Positions 18,895-27,784 of a stretch of DNA of 64,000 bases are shown piece after piece. The notes beneath the pieces are model-generated. The model searched no databases. It was given only the letters and a program-made list of their open reading frames with translations, and was not told the origin of the DNA. Positions within the stretch are counted from its first letter, which is position 1, and each line of letters opens with the position of its first letter. The DNA comes from Candidatus Omnitrophota bacterium (GTDB lineage Bacteria; Omnitrophota; Gorgyraeia; Zapsychrales; Fredricksoniimonadaceae): NCBI GenBank assembly GCA_903860135.1, contig CAIOPG010000006.1, positions 100,275 to 164,274 of the forward strand, given 5' to 3'. The position numbers and the translations under genes were made by a program.

Positions 18895-20589
18895 ATGTCA
18901 AATCGAGAGAATAAGATGGGTATAGCTGTGATTGAAACAGATGTCTTGATTGTTGGAGGTGGTACCGCGGGGCTTGCGTTTGCCATTCATTATGCGGACA
19001 TGGTGCGTCAATACAATGAAGATCCTGCCAATACGGCAAAATTGCCAGGCCGCGTGATGCTGATTGAAAAGGGCGGGGCGATCGGGCATCATTCCCTTTC
19101 CGGTGCGGTTATCAACCCTGCGGTTTTTGCAGAACTTTTACCGGATGTTGATCCTAAAGACTATCCGTTTGAATCTCCGGTTATTCAGGATGACACCATG
19201 TTTTTCACAAAGCATGGAGCCTTTAAACTTCCATTTGCTCCACCGTATATGTCTAATAAAGGTAATCATGTTGTCATGTTGGGCAAGCTGGTGCGCTGGC
19301 TTGCCGAGATCGCCGAGAAGAAAGGTGTGCAGATATTCAGCGGGTTCAGCGGCCATGAATTGATCCTCGACAACGGAAAACTGGCGGGTATCCGTACAGG
19401 GGCCTCGGGGCTTGATCATAACGGCAAGCCGATGGTTAATTATCAACCGCCGACGGATGTCCGTGCTAGGATCGTTATTTTGGCCGAGGGATCGCGCGGG
19501 AATTTGACCCGGGATTTGGTCAAGGCGTTCGACCTGGCCAAAGGACGTAACCCTCAAGTGTATTCACTGGGTGTCAAGGAATTATGGGAGATCCCCGAGG
19601 GCGTCTTTAAAAAGGGGCAGGTGGTTCATTCGTTGGGGTATCCTTTCGGGATGGATCAGTTCGGCGGCGGCTTTATCTACGGATTAAGCAAAACGCTGGT
19701 GGCGGTGGGGATGGTGGCTGGTCTTGATATCGCAGATCCGGCTTTCGACACACAGCGTGCCTTACAAATATACAAGGATCATCCTTTTGTCAGCAAGGTC
19801 ATCAAGAACGGAAAAATGTTGCGTTACGGCGCCAAGACGATCCCCGAGGGCGGTCTTTTTGCCCTGCCCCAGTTGTATCATGACAATGTTATGATCGTTG
19901 GCGACGCGGCGGGGTTTCTGGCCATGCCAAGCCTTAAAGGCGTGCATGCGAGCATGCGTTCAGGGATGCTGGCGGCTCAAACGGCCTATGAGGCTTTCAA
20001 GAAAAACGACACATCCAGCGCCGGCTTGTCACGTTACGCGAAGCTTTTTAAAGAAAGTCCTGTTTATAAGGAACTTTATCCTGTCCGCAATTTTCGGCAG
20101 GCTTTTACGGGTAATATAGTGTCGGGAGCATTCCAATTTGGAACCCAGATATTCACCGGCGGGCGCGGGTTGTCATGGGGCGGGCGACTGGCGATGGCCG
20201 AGGATCGCGCGCATTGCCGGCCGTTATGTTGTGCGGGAGCGGGTGTCCCCCGCGAAGCCGCATCGTGTGCCGGGTCGTCCGGGATCGACAAAGAAACGGC
20301 TGTCTTTTTTTCCGGCACCAAGCACGACGAGGAACAGCCATCGCATATCAAAGTTCAAAGTGATGCCGTCTGTGATGAATGCATCAAGAAATACGGCGGC
20401 CCTTGCCAGCATTTTTGTCCGGCGCAGGTTTTTGAGATCAGTGCTGATCCGCATACAGGCAAGAAAAGCTTAAAACTGCATCCGTCCAACTGTGTTCACT
20501 GCAAAACGTGTGATATTAAGGATCCTTATTCTAATGTGATCTGGGCAACACCTTATGGCGGTGACGGCCCTGAATATGAAAATATGTGA
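18895..20589 (+). CDS. Electron transfer flavoprotein:quinone oxidoreductase with C-terminal 4Fe-4S domain
   Basis: GGGTAG FAD motif, LSGAV, YSLGVKELW, YGAKTIPEGG, GDAAG, CQHFCPA and NCVHCKTCDIKDP...GGDGPEY. Confidence 0.93.
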   Translation: MSNRENKMGIAVIETDVLIVGGGTAGLAFAIHYADMVRQYNEDPANTAKLPGRVMLIEKGGAIGHHSLSGAVINPAVFAELLPDVDPKDYPFESPVIQDDTMFFTKHGAFKLPFAPPYMSNKGNHVVMLGKLVRWLAEIAEKKGVQIFSGFSGHELILDNGKLAGIRTGASGLDHNGKPMVNYQPPTDVRARIVILAEGSRGNLTRDLVKAFDLAKGRNPQVYSLGVKELWEIPEGVFKKGQVVHSLGYPFGMDQFGGGFIYGLSKTLVAVGMVAGLDIADPAFDTQRALQIYKDHPFVSKVIKNGKMLRYGAKTIPEGGLFALPQLYHDNVMIVGDAAGFLAMPSLKGVHASMRSGMLAAQTAYEAFKKNDTSSAGLSRYAKLFKESPVYKELYPVRNFRQAFTGNIVSGAFQFGTQIFTGGRGLSWGGRLAMAEDRAHCRPLCCAGAGVPREAASCAGSSGIDKETAVFFSGTKHDEEQPSHIKVQSDAVCDECIKKYGGPCQHFCPAQVFEISADPHTGKKSLKLHPSNCVHCKTCDIKDPYSNVIWATPYGGDGPEYENM

Positions 20590-20595
20590 GGTGAT

Positions 20596-22533
20596 ATGGG
20601 CTTAAAAGTTATCAGTTTGATGAAACAGGTTCCTTTATTCTCCCAGATGCGCATGGGCGAGGACGGGTTGATGGATCGCACCAAGGCAAAGTCCATGATC
20701 AACACGGATTGCTGTTTTGGGCTTGAGCAGGGGCTTCAGATCAAGAAGCATGTCCCCGATGCGGAGCTGATCGTTGTTTCCATGGGGCCGCCGAGCTTTG
20801 ACCAGTCGTTGCGGCAGACGATTTCTTTGGGTTATGATCGCGCGGTTCTGCTTTCTGACCGCCGGTTGGGAGGCTCTGATACGTTTTCAACGGGGCTGGC
20901 TATTGCAACATTATTGCGGAGCAAGATATTGCCCGCGGACCCCAGGGAGCCTTATATTATTTTTGCCGGGCGGCAGACCAGCGACGGAGATACCGCGCAC
21001 GTCCCTTCGCAGGTCGCCGAGAATCTGGGGATACCTCAGGTGACTTTTGCGGTTAATGTTGAGTATGGTCCGCTGTACCTTATTGTCAAACGCATGATCG
21101 AAGGCGGGCATCAGACGCTCAAGGTGCCTTTGCCGTGTGTGATTTCTGTGGCACCGACGGCGGTACATGTCCGCCGCCCATCGCTGTCCGGCGCGATCAA
21201 GGCACGCCAGATCAGCATTGAGTCCTACAATCTTGACCATATCGGCCTTGATCCTGCGGTGGTCGGGTTGAACGGTTCGCCGACCAGTGTGGCCAAGGTT
21301 GTGAATATCACGCGCGATCGCCCCCCGGTCAGCATGATCGGCGGAAATAATTGTACCGAAGTTACAGGCAACCTGGTCAAGACCTTTGATATTGCCGCTA
21401 CGTTGCATAAGCCTGCCGTTGCGGATACGCCGGCAGGGGCAGAGGCACCTAAACAGGACAGATTTCCGCGCAAGGATTTTCGCCAGGGAGCCAGTGGCAT
21501 TTTTACATGGGCTGAGGTCGTTGGCCGTGAACTGTCATTATCTTCGGTTGAGATCCTCAATCCTGCCCGTAAACTGGCGAATGAATTGAAGACCACCGTG
21601 ACCGCGGTTTTGATCGGGCATAATGTTAAAGCCCTGGCACCTCGCTTGATCGCCCATGGTGCCGATGAGGTTATCGTGGTCGAGGACCCCCGTTTAAAAG
21701 AATATTCCATCCTTCCCTTTACCAGTGTTATCGAGCAGATCGTTAAAGAACGCCGTCCGGAGATAAGCCTTTTCGGGGCGACGACGTCAGGACGTGAACT
21801 GGCCCCGCGCTTGGGCAGCCGCCTGGGTTCGGGTGTTACGGCGGATTGTACCATCCTCAAGGTGGGAGAGTTTGTTCAACCCTCATCGAAGACCATCTGG
21901 TCGCCTTGCCTTGAAGCGATCCGTCCGACGTATGGAGAAAGCAAGCTCGCCACGATCGTCGGTTTTCGCTGCCCGCAAATGGCCACGGCGCGGCCGGGAA
22001 CTTTTGAAGCCTTACAACCGGATCAACGACGTGAAGGCAAGATCACAGCTTTTATCCCGGTGCTTGATGATAAATTGTTTGTGGTGGAGATATTAAGCAC
22101 GGAACGCAAGGAAGCCGGTGACGACGGGTTGTTTTCGGCCAGTGTGATCGTTGCCGGAGGGCGTCCGTGTGGAGAAATGGATGATTTCAAACTCATCAAG
22201 GAGCTTGTGCAGGCGTTTGAAGAAAAAGGCATAAGCGCGGCTTGGGGAGCGACCCGCCAGGCGGTTGACCATGGGTATGCCCCGTACAGCCGTCAGATCG
22301 GTCAGACGGGAAAAACCGTGCGCCCCAAGGTTTATATTGCTGTTGCTGTTTCGGGTGCTATCCAGCATGTCAGCGGCATGAAGGAGTCCGGCAGGATCGT
22401 GGCGATCAATCAGGACAGGCATGCGCATATTTTCGATTGTTCGGATTATGGAGTCGTCGGCGGATATTTGGAGACATTGCCACTGCTTATCGCCAAGATC
22501 CGTGAAGGGTTCACCTTTGGATTAAAGTCTTGA
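20596..22533 (+). CDS. Fused electron transfer flavoprotein beta-alpha subunits
   Basis: The N half has the EtfB motifs KQVP, GSDT and GRQTSDGDTAHV. The C half has the EtfA motifs GVTADC, QIGQTGKTVRP and SGAIQH. Confidence 0.92.
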   Translation: MGLKVISLMKQVPLFSQMRMGEDGLMDRTKAKSMINTDCCFGLEQGLQIKKHVPDAELIVVSMGPPSFDQSLRQTISLGYDRAVLLSDRRLGGSDTFSTGLAIATLLRSKILPADPREPYIIFAGRQTSDGDTAHVPSQVAENLGIPQVTFAVNVEYGPLYLIVKRMIEGGHQTLKVPLPCVISVAPTAVHVRRPSLSGAIKARQISIESYNLDHIGLDPAVVGLNGSPTSVAKVVNITRDRPPVSMIGGNNCTEVTGNLVKTFDIAATLHKPAVADTPAGAEAPKQDRFPRKDFRQGASGIFTWAEVVGRELSLSSVEILNPARKLANELKTTVTAVLIGHNVKALAPRLIAHGADEVIVVEDPRLKEYSILPFTSVIEQIVKERRPEISLFGATTSGRELAPRLGSRLGSGVTADCTILKVGEFVQPSSKTIWSPCLEAIRPTYGESKLATIVGFRCPQMATARPGTFEALQPDQRREGKITAFIPVLDDKLFVVEILSTERKEAGDDGLFSASVIVAGGRPCGEMDDFKLIKELVQAFEEKGISAAWGATRQAVDHGYAPYSRQIGQTGKTVRPKVYIAVAVSGAIQHVSGMKESGRIVAINQDRHAHIFDCSDYGVVGGYLETLPLLIAKIREGFTFGLKS

Positions 22534-22546
22534 AGGTATCAAAAGC

Positions 22547-22852
22547 ATGACATTGAATGGTAATAAAACTACCGAAAGAAGAAGATTTACGCGTATCGCA
22601 CAAGAAGATGTGTTTGTATGTGAGATATTTGATATGCGTGGGCTGGAAATTGGAGCAAAGAATTTCGGGCATATGATCACGAAGAATTTATCGCAGGAGG
22701 GCTTGCTTTTTGAGTCAGTTGAAGCGCTGGCGATGGGGACCATCCTTAAGCTTCAGGTGGACCTTCCCGGGCTGGAGAAATATAAACACAATTGCAGTCA
22801 GCTACTTCGGCTACCAAGGAACAGACTCTGGCCATGTTCCAGAACAATTTGA
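22547..22852 (+). pseudogene. Truncated PilZ-domain gene
   Basis: ERRRFTR and NLSQEG (D/NxSxxG) c-di-GMP motifs are present. After about 22790 the C-terminal beta strands are missing and the frame runs into unrelated sequence. Confidence 0.65.
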
Positions 22853-23013
22853 TAACCTAGTCCAATGTAGCGGCTTCGATCCAGCTGGCGGCATCTGCCG
22901 AGGATGTGTTCGTACAGGCCGAAACATTACGGGATATGGCCGCGCTGTTCAAGACACTTGACGCGGATGCGAAGACCCCGACGATCGTTCTAAAAAACAG
23001 TACGGAACGATGA
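22795..23013 (+). pseudogene. C-terminal remnant of a methyl-accepting chemotaxis protein
   Basis: Manual translation gives QSATSATKEQTLAMFQNNLIT*SNVAASIQLAASAEDVFVQAETLRDMAALFK, matching the MCP methylation-helix pattern. There is an in-frame TAG at 22858-22860 and no start. Not in the ORF track. Confidence 0.7.
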
Positions 23014-23044
23014 ACACGTCAAGATAGGTCAAAGAGGTATTATA

Positions 23045-23620
23045 ATGCCAAAAGATTTGGATAAACAAGTTTTAAGTACCATGGCGATGGAAGTGGTTAA
23101 AGATACTTTTAAAAAGATGCTCCAGGTTGAATTTAGTGCACCGCCTGTTGCCGTTGAGAAAAATATCATTGAGTATAAAAGCCGGATGCGCGTTTCCCCC
23201 ATGGAAAAGTTTAACGCGCCGGCGTATGTTTCTTACGTGAACTTTTATCTTTCGCAAAAAGATCTCCAGGCAGAGATCGCCGTAGGTACGTTTATCTTGT
23301 GCGTCAAAGATGATGTTGTCGAGAAGCTGTCCAAAGCCTTCAAACTTTCATCCAAAGACGCGGAGAATGAAAACCTTCAAATGGATAATGTCGCTGAATT
23401 CTGCAATATTCTTGCCGGTAATGTGTCGAATGAATTGACAAAGCTCGGATACGCCAATCTTTTCATGTCAGCTCCCTATAAGGGAATGAATGCCATTCCT
23501 GAAGGGGTTCCATTTGATTATGCGCTTTACTCCAAACAGGAAATATCTTTCTTTTTTTGGAATGAAAAGTGCATTGTCGTGGAATTATGTATTGGGCGTG
23601 TCCCTTTTAGACAGGCGTAA
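23045..23620 (+). CDS. CheX/CheC-like chemotaxis phosphatase
   Basis: AEFCNILAG (ExxN) motif followed by MSAP; chemotaxis context. Confidence 0.75.
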   Translation: MPKDLDKQVLSTMAMEVVKDTFKKMLQVEFSAPPVAVEKNIIEYKSRMRVSPMEKFNAPAYVSYVNFYLSQKDLQAEIAVGTFILCVKDDVVEKLSKAFKLSSKDAENENLQMDNVAEFCNILAGNVSNELTKLGYANLFMSAPYKGMNAIPEGVPFDYALYSKQEISFFFWNEKCIVVELCIGRVPFRQA

Positions 23621-23643
23621 TTTTTAATGGAAAAGATGACACG

Positions 23644-24033
23644 ATGAAGAAAATACTTATTGTGGATGATTCCACTGTTCAAAGAAAAATGATCATCCAG
23701 ATCATCCGCAAATCTGGATTTGAGAACGAGATACTTGAAGCTGGAGATGGTCTCGAAGCCATTGGTGTTTGAGGAGAACATTTTGAAGATATTGGCATTG
23801 TATTGTGTGACTGGAATATGCCTAATATGAATGGCCTTGAGTTCGTGGAGGGCATAGCTCAAGTACCGGCGGTTGCGGCAGTCCCGGTGGTGATGGTGAC
23901 GACCGAAGGGACGGCAGATATGATCGCTCAGGCAAAGGCGGCGAATCCGAATTTGCAGGGGTATGTCGTTAAGCCTTTTACAGCAGAGCAGTTAAAGGCA
24001 GCGATCGAACCTATTTTGCGGCGCGCGGGATAG
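23644..24033 (+). pseudogene. cheY: CheY-like receiver with an internal stop codon
   Basis: Reads MKKILIVDDSTVQRKM...EAGDGLEAIGV*GEHF...LCDWNMPNMNG...MVTTEG...VVKPF in one frame, with TGA at 23770-23772. Confidence 0.85.
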
Positions 24034-24047
24034 TTCTTTGATGGGTA

Positions 24048-24350
24048 ATGGTAAAACTCAGGGATCATGCCTTGAGTTTTGTTGAATTGGCCAAGGTGAT
24101 CAACGTAAAACCCAATGCGGTCCTGCATGAAGGTGGCAAGAGGATCGTTATCATAACTGATGGTCATGTCCGTCTGGGTATTCTGGTTGATGCGTTGATA
24201 GGGAAAGAAGAGATCGTGATCAAATCATTTACGTGCCACTTCTCCAAGGTGAATGGGATATCAGGGGCATCGATCCTTGCCGATGGAGATATCGCGCTGA
24301 TCCTAGACCCGTCGGTTATTATCCGGGAATCAAGACCGGGGACACTTTAA
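24048..24350 (+). pseudogene. CheA C-terminal (P5/CheW-like) fragment
   Basis: GILVDALIGKEEIVIKS...GISGASILADGDIALILDP is typical of CheA P5; the P1-P4 domains are absent. Confidence 0.8.
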
Positions 24351-24354
24351 GGCG

Positions 24355-25041
24355 TTACTCGGCGCCCACGAGCACTGAGCCGTTGAACTGCCGGTATTCT
24401 TTCCATATCCTTTGCGATGAGATCGCATAACTTTTATGAGTGTCGCTCTTTTTTTGTCCCATGATGAGGCCGAGCAGGCTGCCTTGGGCGCTGAGGACCG
24501 GCCCGCCGCTGTCGCCAGGATGGAGGTTGAGGTCAAGTTCAAGGAATTCTGTTTCTGACGCAGCCCCGTTGATCAACCGGACAATGCTCCCTTCGATCAC
24601 GCCCTGATCGTACGGCAACGCGATGACACGGTCGCCTGGTTTTGTTTCGGAGAAATTGGCCCTGGCAATGGCACGTAATGGCAAGGGTTGAGGTATCTTT
24701 AGAAAACAGAAATCCAGCGTTCCATTATAAAGCACACGGGCTTCGACTGTCTTGCCATCGGACATGGTCACAAGGATGTGCCTAGCACCGGCGATCACGT
24801 GGTTGTTGGTGACAATGATCCCCGAAGAATCGACGATAATGCCATTGCCCCGGTGTTCCTGCCCGAAGGCGCGCAAGATATTGCTGTCAACACCAGAGAA
24901 ATTCATGTTAAACGCTTTGATGGTGACAAGCGACAGTTTCAAATTTTGTTGTGACTGGAAAAGAGGGCTTTCCTGCCCTTCGGTGCCTTGAGGGCAAAGT
25001 AGGCAGCCAAGAAATACCAATAGATAACATAGAGATCGCAT
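24355..25041 (-). CDS. Secreted trypsin-like (S1C) serine protease without PDZ domain
   Basis: Signal peptide, GNGIIV, VTNNHV (His), DFCFL (Asp) and PGDSGGP (Ser). Confidence 0.85.
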   Translation of the reverse strand: MRSLCYLLVFLGCLLCPQGTEGQESPLFQSQQNLKLSLVTIKAFNMNFSGVDSNILRAFGQEHRGNGIIVDSSGIIVTNNHVIAGARHILVTMSDGKTVEARVLYNGTLDFCFLKIPQPLPLRAIARANFSETKPGDRVIALPYDQGVIEGSIVRLINGAASETEFLELDLNLHPGDSGGPVLSAQGSLLGLIMGQKKSDTHKSYAISSQRIWKEYRQFNGSVLVGAE

Positions 25042-25191
25042 AGGCTCATTGTATAGTAAAAAGACATTAAATAATGCAACCTTTTGTAAAGAAAAGATCA
25101 GAAATTTGATTGGAGCAATAAGATCATTATGTTATTATTAAACATTGTTTTCAGCATTCTCCGAAGAAACGTTCATGCGGGTTATTGAACA

Positions 25192-26694
25192 ATGAAAAGT
25201 GACGGCAAGAAAATAATTACGGGATACTTCTATAATCCATTATCTTTCATCGGGGCGATATTGGCCGTCCTCGTGTTGATGGCGGAGTTCGTGCTTTTTG
25301 GCATTGATTTTTACGGGCATTATTCCAATCTTTATCTTGGGTTGGGGACCTATCTTGTATTGCCGCCCTTTCTTATCCTCGGGATATTGATGATATTCCT
25401 TGGTTTCCTGCTTGAACGCCGTAAGGCGCGAATGGGTGTTGCGGGCGATCAAAAGGGGCGTTTTATTTTTGATTTCTCTCAACCGCAGACCCGCAATACG
25501 GGCATTATCATCGTCGTTGCTGCCGTTATTTTTATGATCATGACAGCGATCGGTACGTATAAAGCTTTTCATTACACGGAATCGGTCGCTTTCTGCGGCC
25601 TTCTTTGCCATGAAGTGATGAAACCTGAATATGTGGCCTATCAAAATTCGCCGCATGCCCGGGTCAAGTGCGTGGATTGTCATATCGGAGCCGGAGCCGG
25701 ATGGTATGTGCGTTCGAAGATATCGGGGGCTCGACAGGTGGTAAAGACGTTATTGAACAGCTATGAAAGGCCGATCCCTGTGCCGGTACACAATTTGCGC
25801 CCGGCCAAAGAAACATGCGAAGAATGCCACTGGCCCGGGAAATCGTTTGGCAACATTGAACAGGACCGGCAGTATTATTCAACAGGCAGCGACGGACAGC
25901 CTGCGCATTGGACATTACGCATGTTGATGCATGTGAGTGCCAAAGAGGGGAACAGCCAGGGTATCCACGCGCACATGTCGGCCAATAACAAGGTCTCTTA
26001 TGTTGCCAGTGACGAGAAGCGTCAGGTTATCACATGGATCAGGAGTGTGAATGATGCCGGCGTGGCGACTGTTTATACGACCAAGGATTCACCTTACAAG
26101 AATGCCGAACCGCCGCAAGGCAAGATCCGTCAGATGGATTGCATGGATTGCCACACACGGCCGTCCCATCACTATGAGGCTCCTATGCCGTTGGTGAATC
26201 GTGCTATAGCCGAAGGCAGGATCGATCCTGCGATCCCGCTGATCAAGGATAAGGCTGTGGCCGCTCTTGCCAGGAAATACTCAACGGAAGATGAAGCTGT
26301 TGCCGCGATCAGGACTTCATTGCTGGCATATTATAAGGAAAAACAGGCACCCTTTTATACAGCGCATGAAAAGAATATTCAGGGCAGTGTTGATGCCGTG
26401 GTTGATCTTTTCAAGCACAACATGTTCCCTGAGATGAAGGTTAGATGGGATGTTTATCCTGATAATATTGGTCACATGATATCTCCTGGCTGTTTCCGTT
26501 GCCATGATGGTGAGCATCAGTCTAATGCCGGCAAGGTGGTCACCCGTGATTGCCGTGTGTGTCATGCGATCATCGCGCAAGGACCGGCAGATAATGTGGA
26601 AAAAAGTGTGGATGGTCTTCCGTTCCGCCATCCCTTTGATGGTGACGAGTCCTGGAAAGAAATGAACTGCGCGGACTGCCACAGCGGTTCGTAA
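25192..26694 (+). CDS. imcH: NapC/NirT-family inner-membrane multiheme cytochrome, ImcH-like (7 heme motifs)
   Basis: Three N-terminal TM helices, then CGLLCH plus CVDCH, CEECH, CMDCH, CFRCH, CRVCH and CADCH. The NapC-like SPHARVKCVDCHIG motif is present. Confidence 0.78.
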   Translation: MKSDGKKIITGYFYNPLSFIGAILAVLVLMAEFVLFGIDFYGHYSNLYLGLGTYLVLPPFLILGILMIFLGFLLERRKARMGVAGDQKGRFIFDFSQPQTRNTGIIIVVAAVIFMIMTAIGTYKAFHYTESVAFCGLLCHEVMKPEYVAYQNSPHARVKCVDCHIGAGAGWYVRSKISGARQVVKTLLNSYERPIPVPVHNLRPAKETCEECHWPGKSFGNIEQDRQYYSTGSDGQPAHWTLRMLMHVSAKEGNSQGIHAHMSANNKVSYVASDEKRQVITWIRSVNDAGVATVYTTKDSPYKNAEPPQGKIRQMDCMDCHTRPSHHYEAPMPLVNRAIAEGRIDPAIPLIKDKAVAALARKYSTEDEAVAAIRTSLLAYYKEKQAPFYTAHEKNIQGSVDAVVDLFKHNMFPEMKVRWDVYPDNIGHMISPGCFRCHDGEHQSNAGKVVTRDCRVCHAIIAQGPADNVEKSVDGLPFRHPFDGDESWKEMNCADCHSGS

Positions 26695-26716
26695 TGCTAT
26701 GTCACGGAGACACTGA

Positions 26717-27784
26717 ATGCCCCTAGTGCTCATCGGAGTCAACCACAAGACCTGCCCGCTCGAGATCAGGGAAAAATTCTTCCTTCAGCCGACGGAAAAA
26801 GAGCTCCTGCTGGCTGAATTCAAGAACGATCCGCGTGTCCTGGCCGCCATCATCCTGTCGACATGCAACCGCACCGAGATCTACGCTGACCTCCTTGACC
26901 TTGACGCGTCCATTATCCTCAAGCTTGTCCTTACCTTTAAAGGCCTCGCGCAGTCACCGGATCTGGAGCATTTCCTTTACGTGCGTCATGAAAAGGATGT
27001 CGTTGCCCATTTCTTCAGTGTTGTTGCCGGGCTTGATTCCATGATCCTCGGCGAGAAACAAATTTTAGGCCAGGTGAAGACGGCCGTGAGTTTGTCGCAA
27101 GAGCGGCAAATCCTCAACCGCACCCTGAATATCCTTTCCAATTTTGCGATTGAGACCGGCAAGAAAGTGCGCCGGGATACGCTGATCGACTGCGGCGGGT
27201 CATCTGTGTCCTGGGCGGCTGTAGCAAAGGCGCAGGAGATCCTCGGGTCACTCGAAGATAAGACAGTGCTGGTCCTGGGATCCGGGAAAATGGGGTCTTT
27301 GGCGATCCAGCAGTTGAAGAATAAAGGCGTAAAAAAGATCTTTGTGATGAACCGGACGCATGAAAAAGCGGAAACCCTCGCGGATGAATGCGGGGCGCAA
27401 GCCGTGCCTTTCTGGCAGATCCGGGATATCCTTGAGCAGTCCGATGTGTGCATTTGTTCCACCGGAGCACCCCATTATTTGGTGGACAAGGATTTGATCG
27501 AACAGGTGATGGCCGCGCGTCCCGCCAGGAGGCTTGCCGCCATCGACATCGCGGTGCCGCGCAATATTGATCCTCTGGTGGCTGAGGTCGCAGGCGTGAA
27601 ACTGGTTGCTGTGGATGACCTTGCGCAGACGGTGCAGGACAGTATGAACAAGCGCCATACGGCGGTTGAACAGGCAGAGAAAATCATTAATCTTAAGATG
27701 CATGAATTTTACAGGGCCCTTGACAAGGCGGCGATGTATGAATTGATGAAGGAATCTGGTGTATCGAAAGGGGCGTGTGCCTGA
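26717..27784 (+). CDS. hemA: Glutamyl-tRNA reductase
   Basis: GVNHKT, LSTCNRTE, GLDSMILGEKQILGQ and DIAVPRNI. Confidence 0.95.
   Translation: MPLVLIGVNHKTCPLEIREKFFLQPTEKELLLAEFKNDPRVLAAIILSTCNRTEIYADLLDLDASIILKLVLTFKGLAQSPDLEHFLYVRHEKDVVAHFFSVVAGLDSMILGEKQILGQVKTAVSLSQERQILNRTLNILSNFAIETGKKVRRDTLIDCGGSSVSWAAVAKAQEILGSLEDKTVLVLGSGKMGSLAIQQLKNKGVKKIFVMNRTHEKAETLADECGAQAVPFWQIRDILEQSDVCICSTGAPHYLVDKDLIEQVMAARPARRLAAIDIAVPRNIDPLVAEVAGVKLVAVDDLAQTVQDSMNKRHTAVEQAEKIINLKMHEFYRALDKAAMYELMKESGVSKGACA

Noticed and set aside
22710-22961. 83-aa ORF with several Cys (and most overlapping short ORFs in the track)
   Set aside because: These are shadow frames over the pilZ/MCP remnants or over real genes, with no recognisable motifs or RBS.
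23770-23772. In-frame TGA in cheY as selenocysteine or recoding
   Set aside because: TGA is the normal stop for many genes here, the position is not a Cys site, and neighbouring genes are also broken, so a pseudogene is the simpler explanation.
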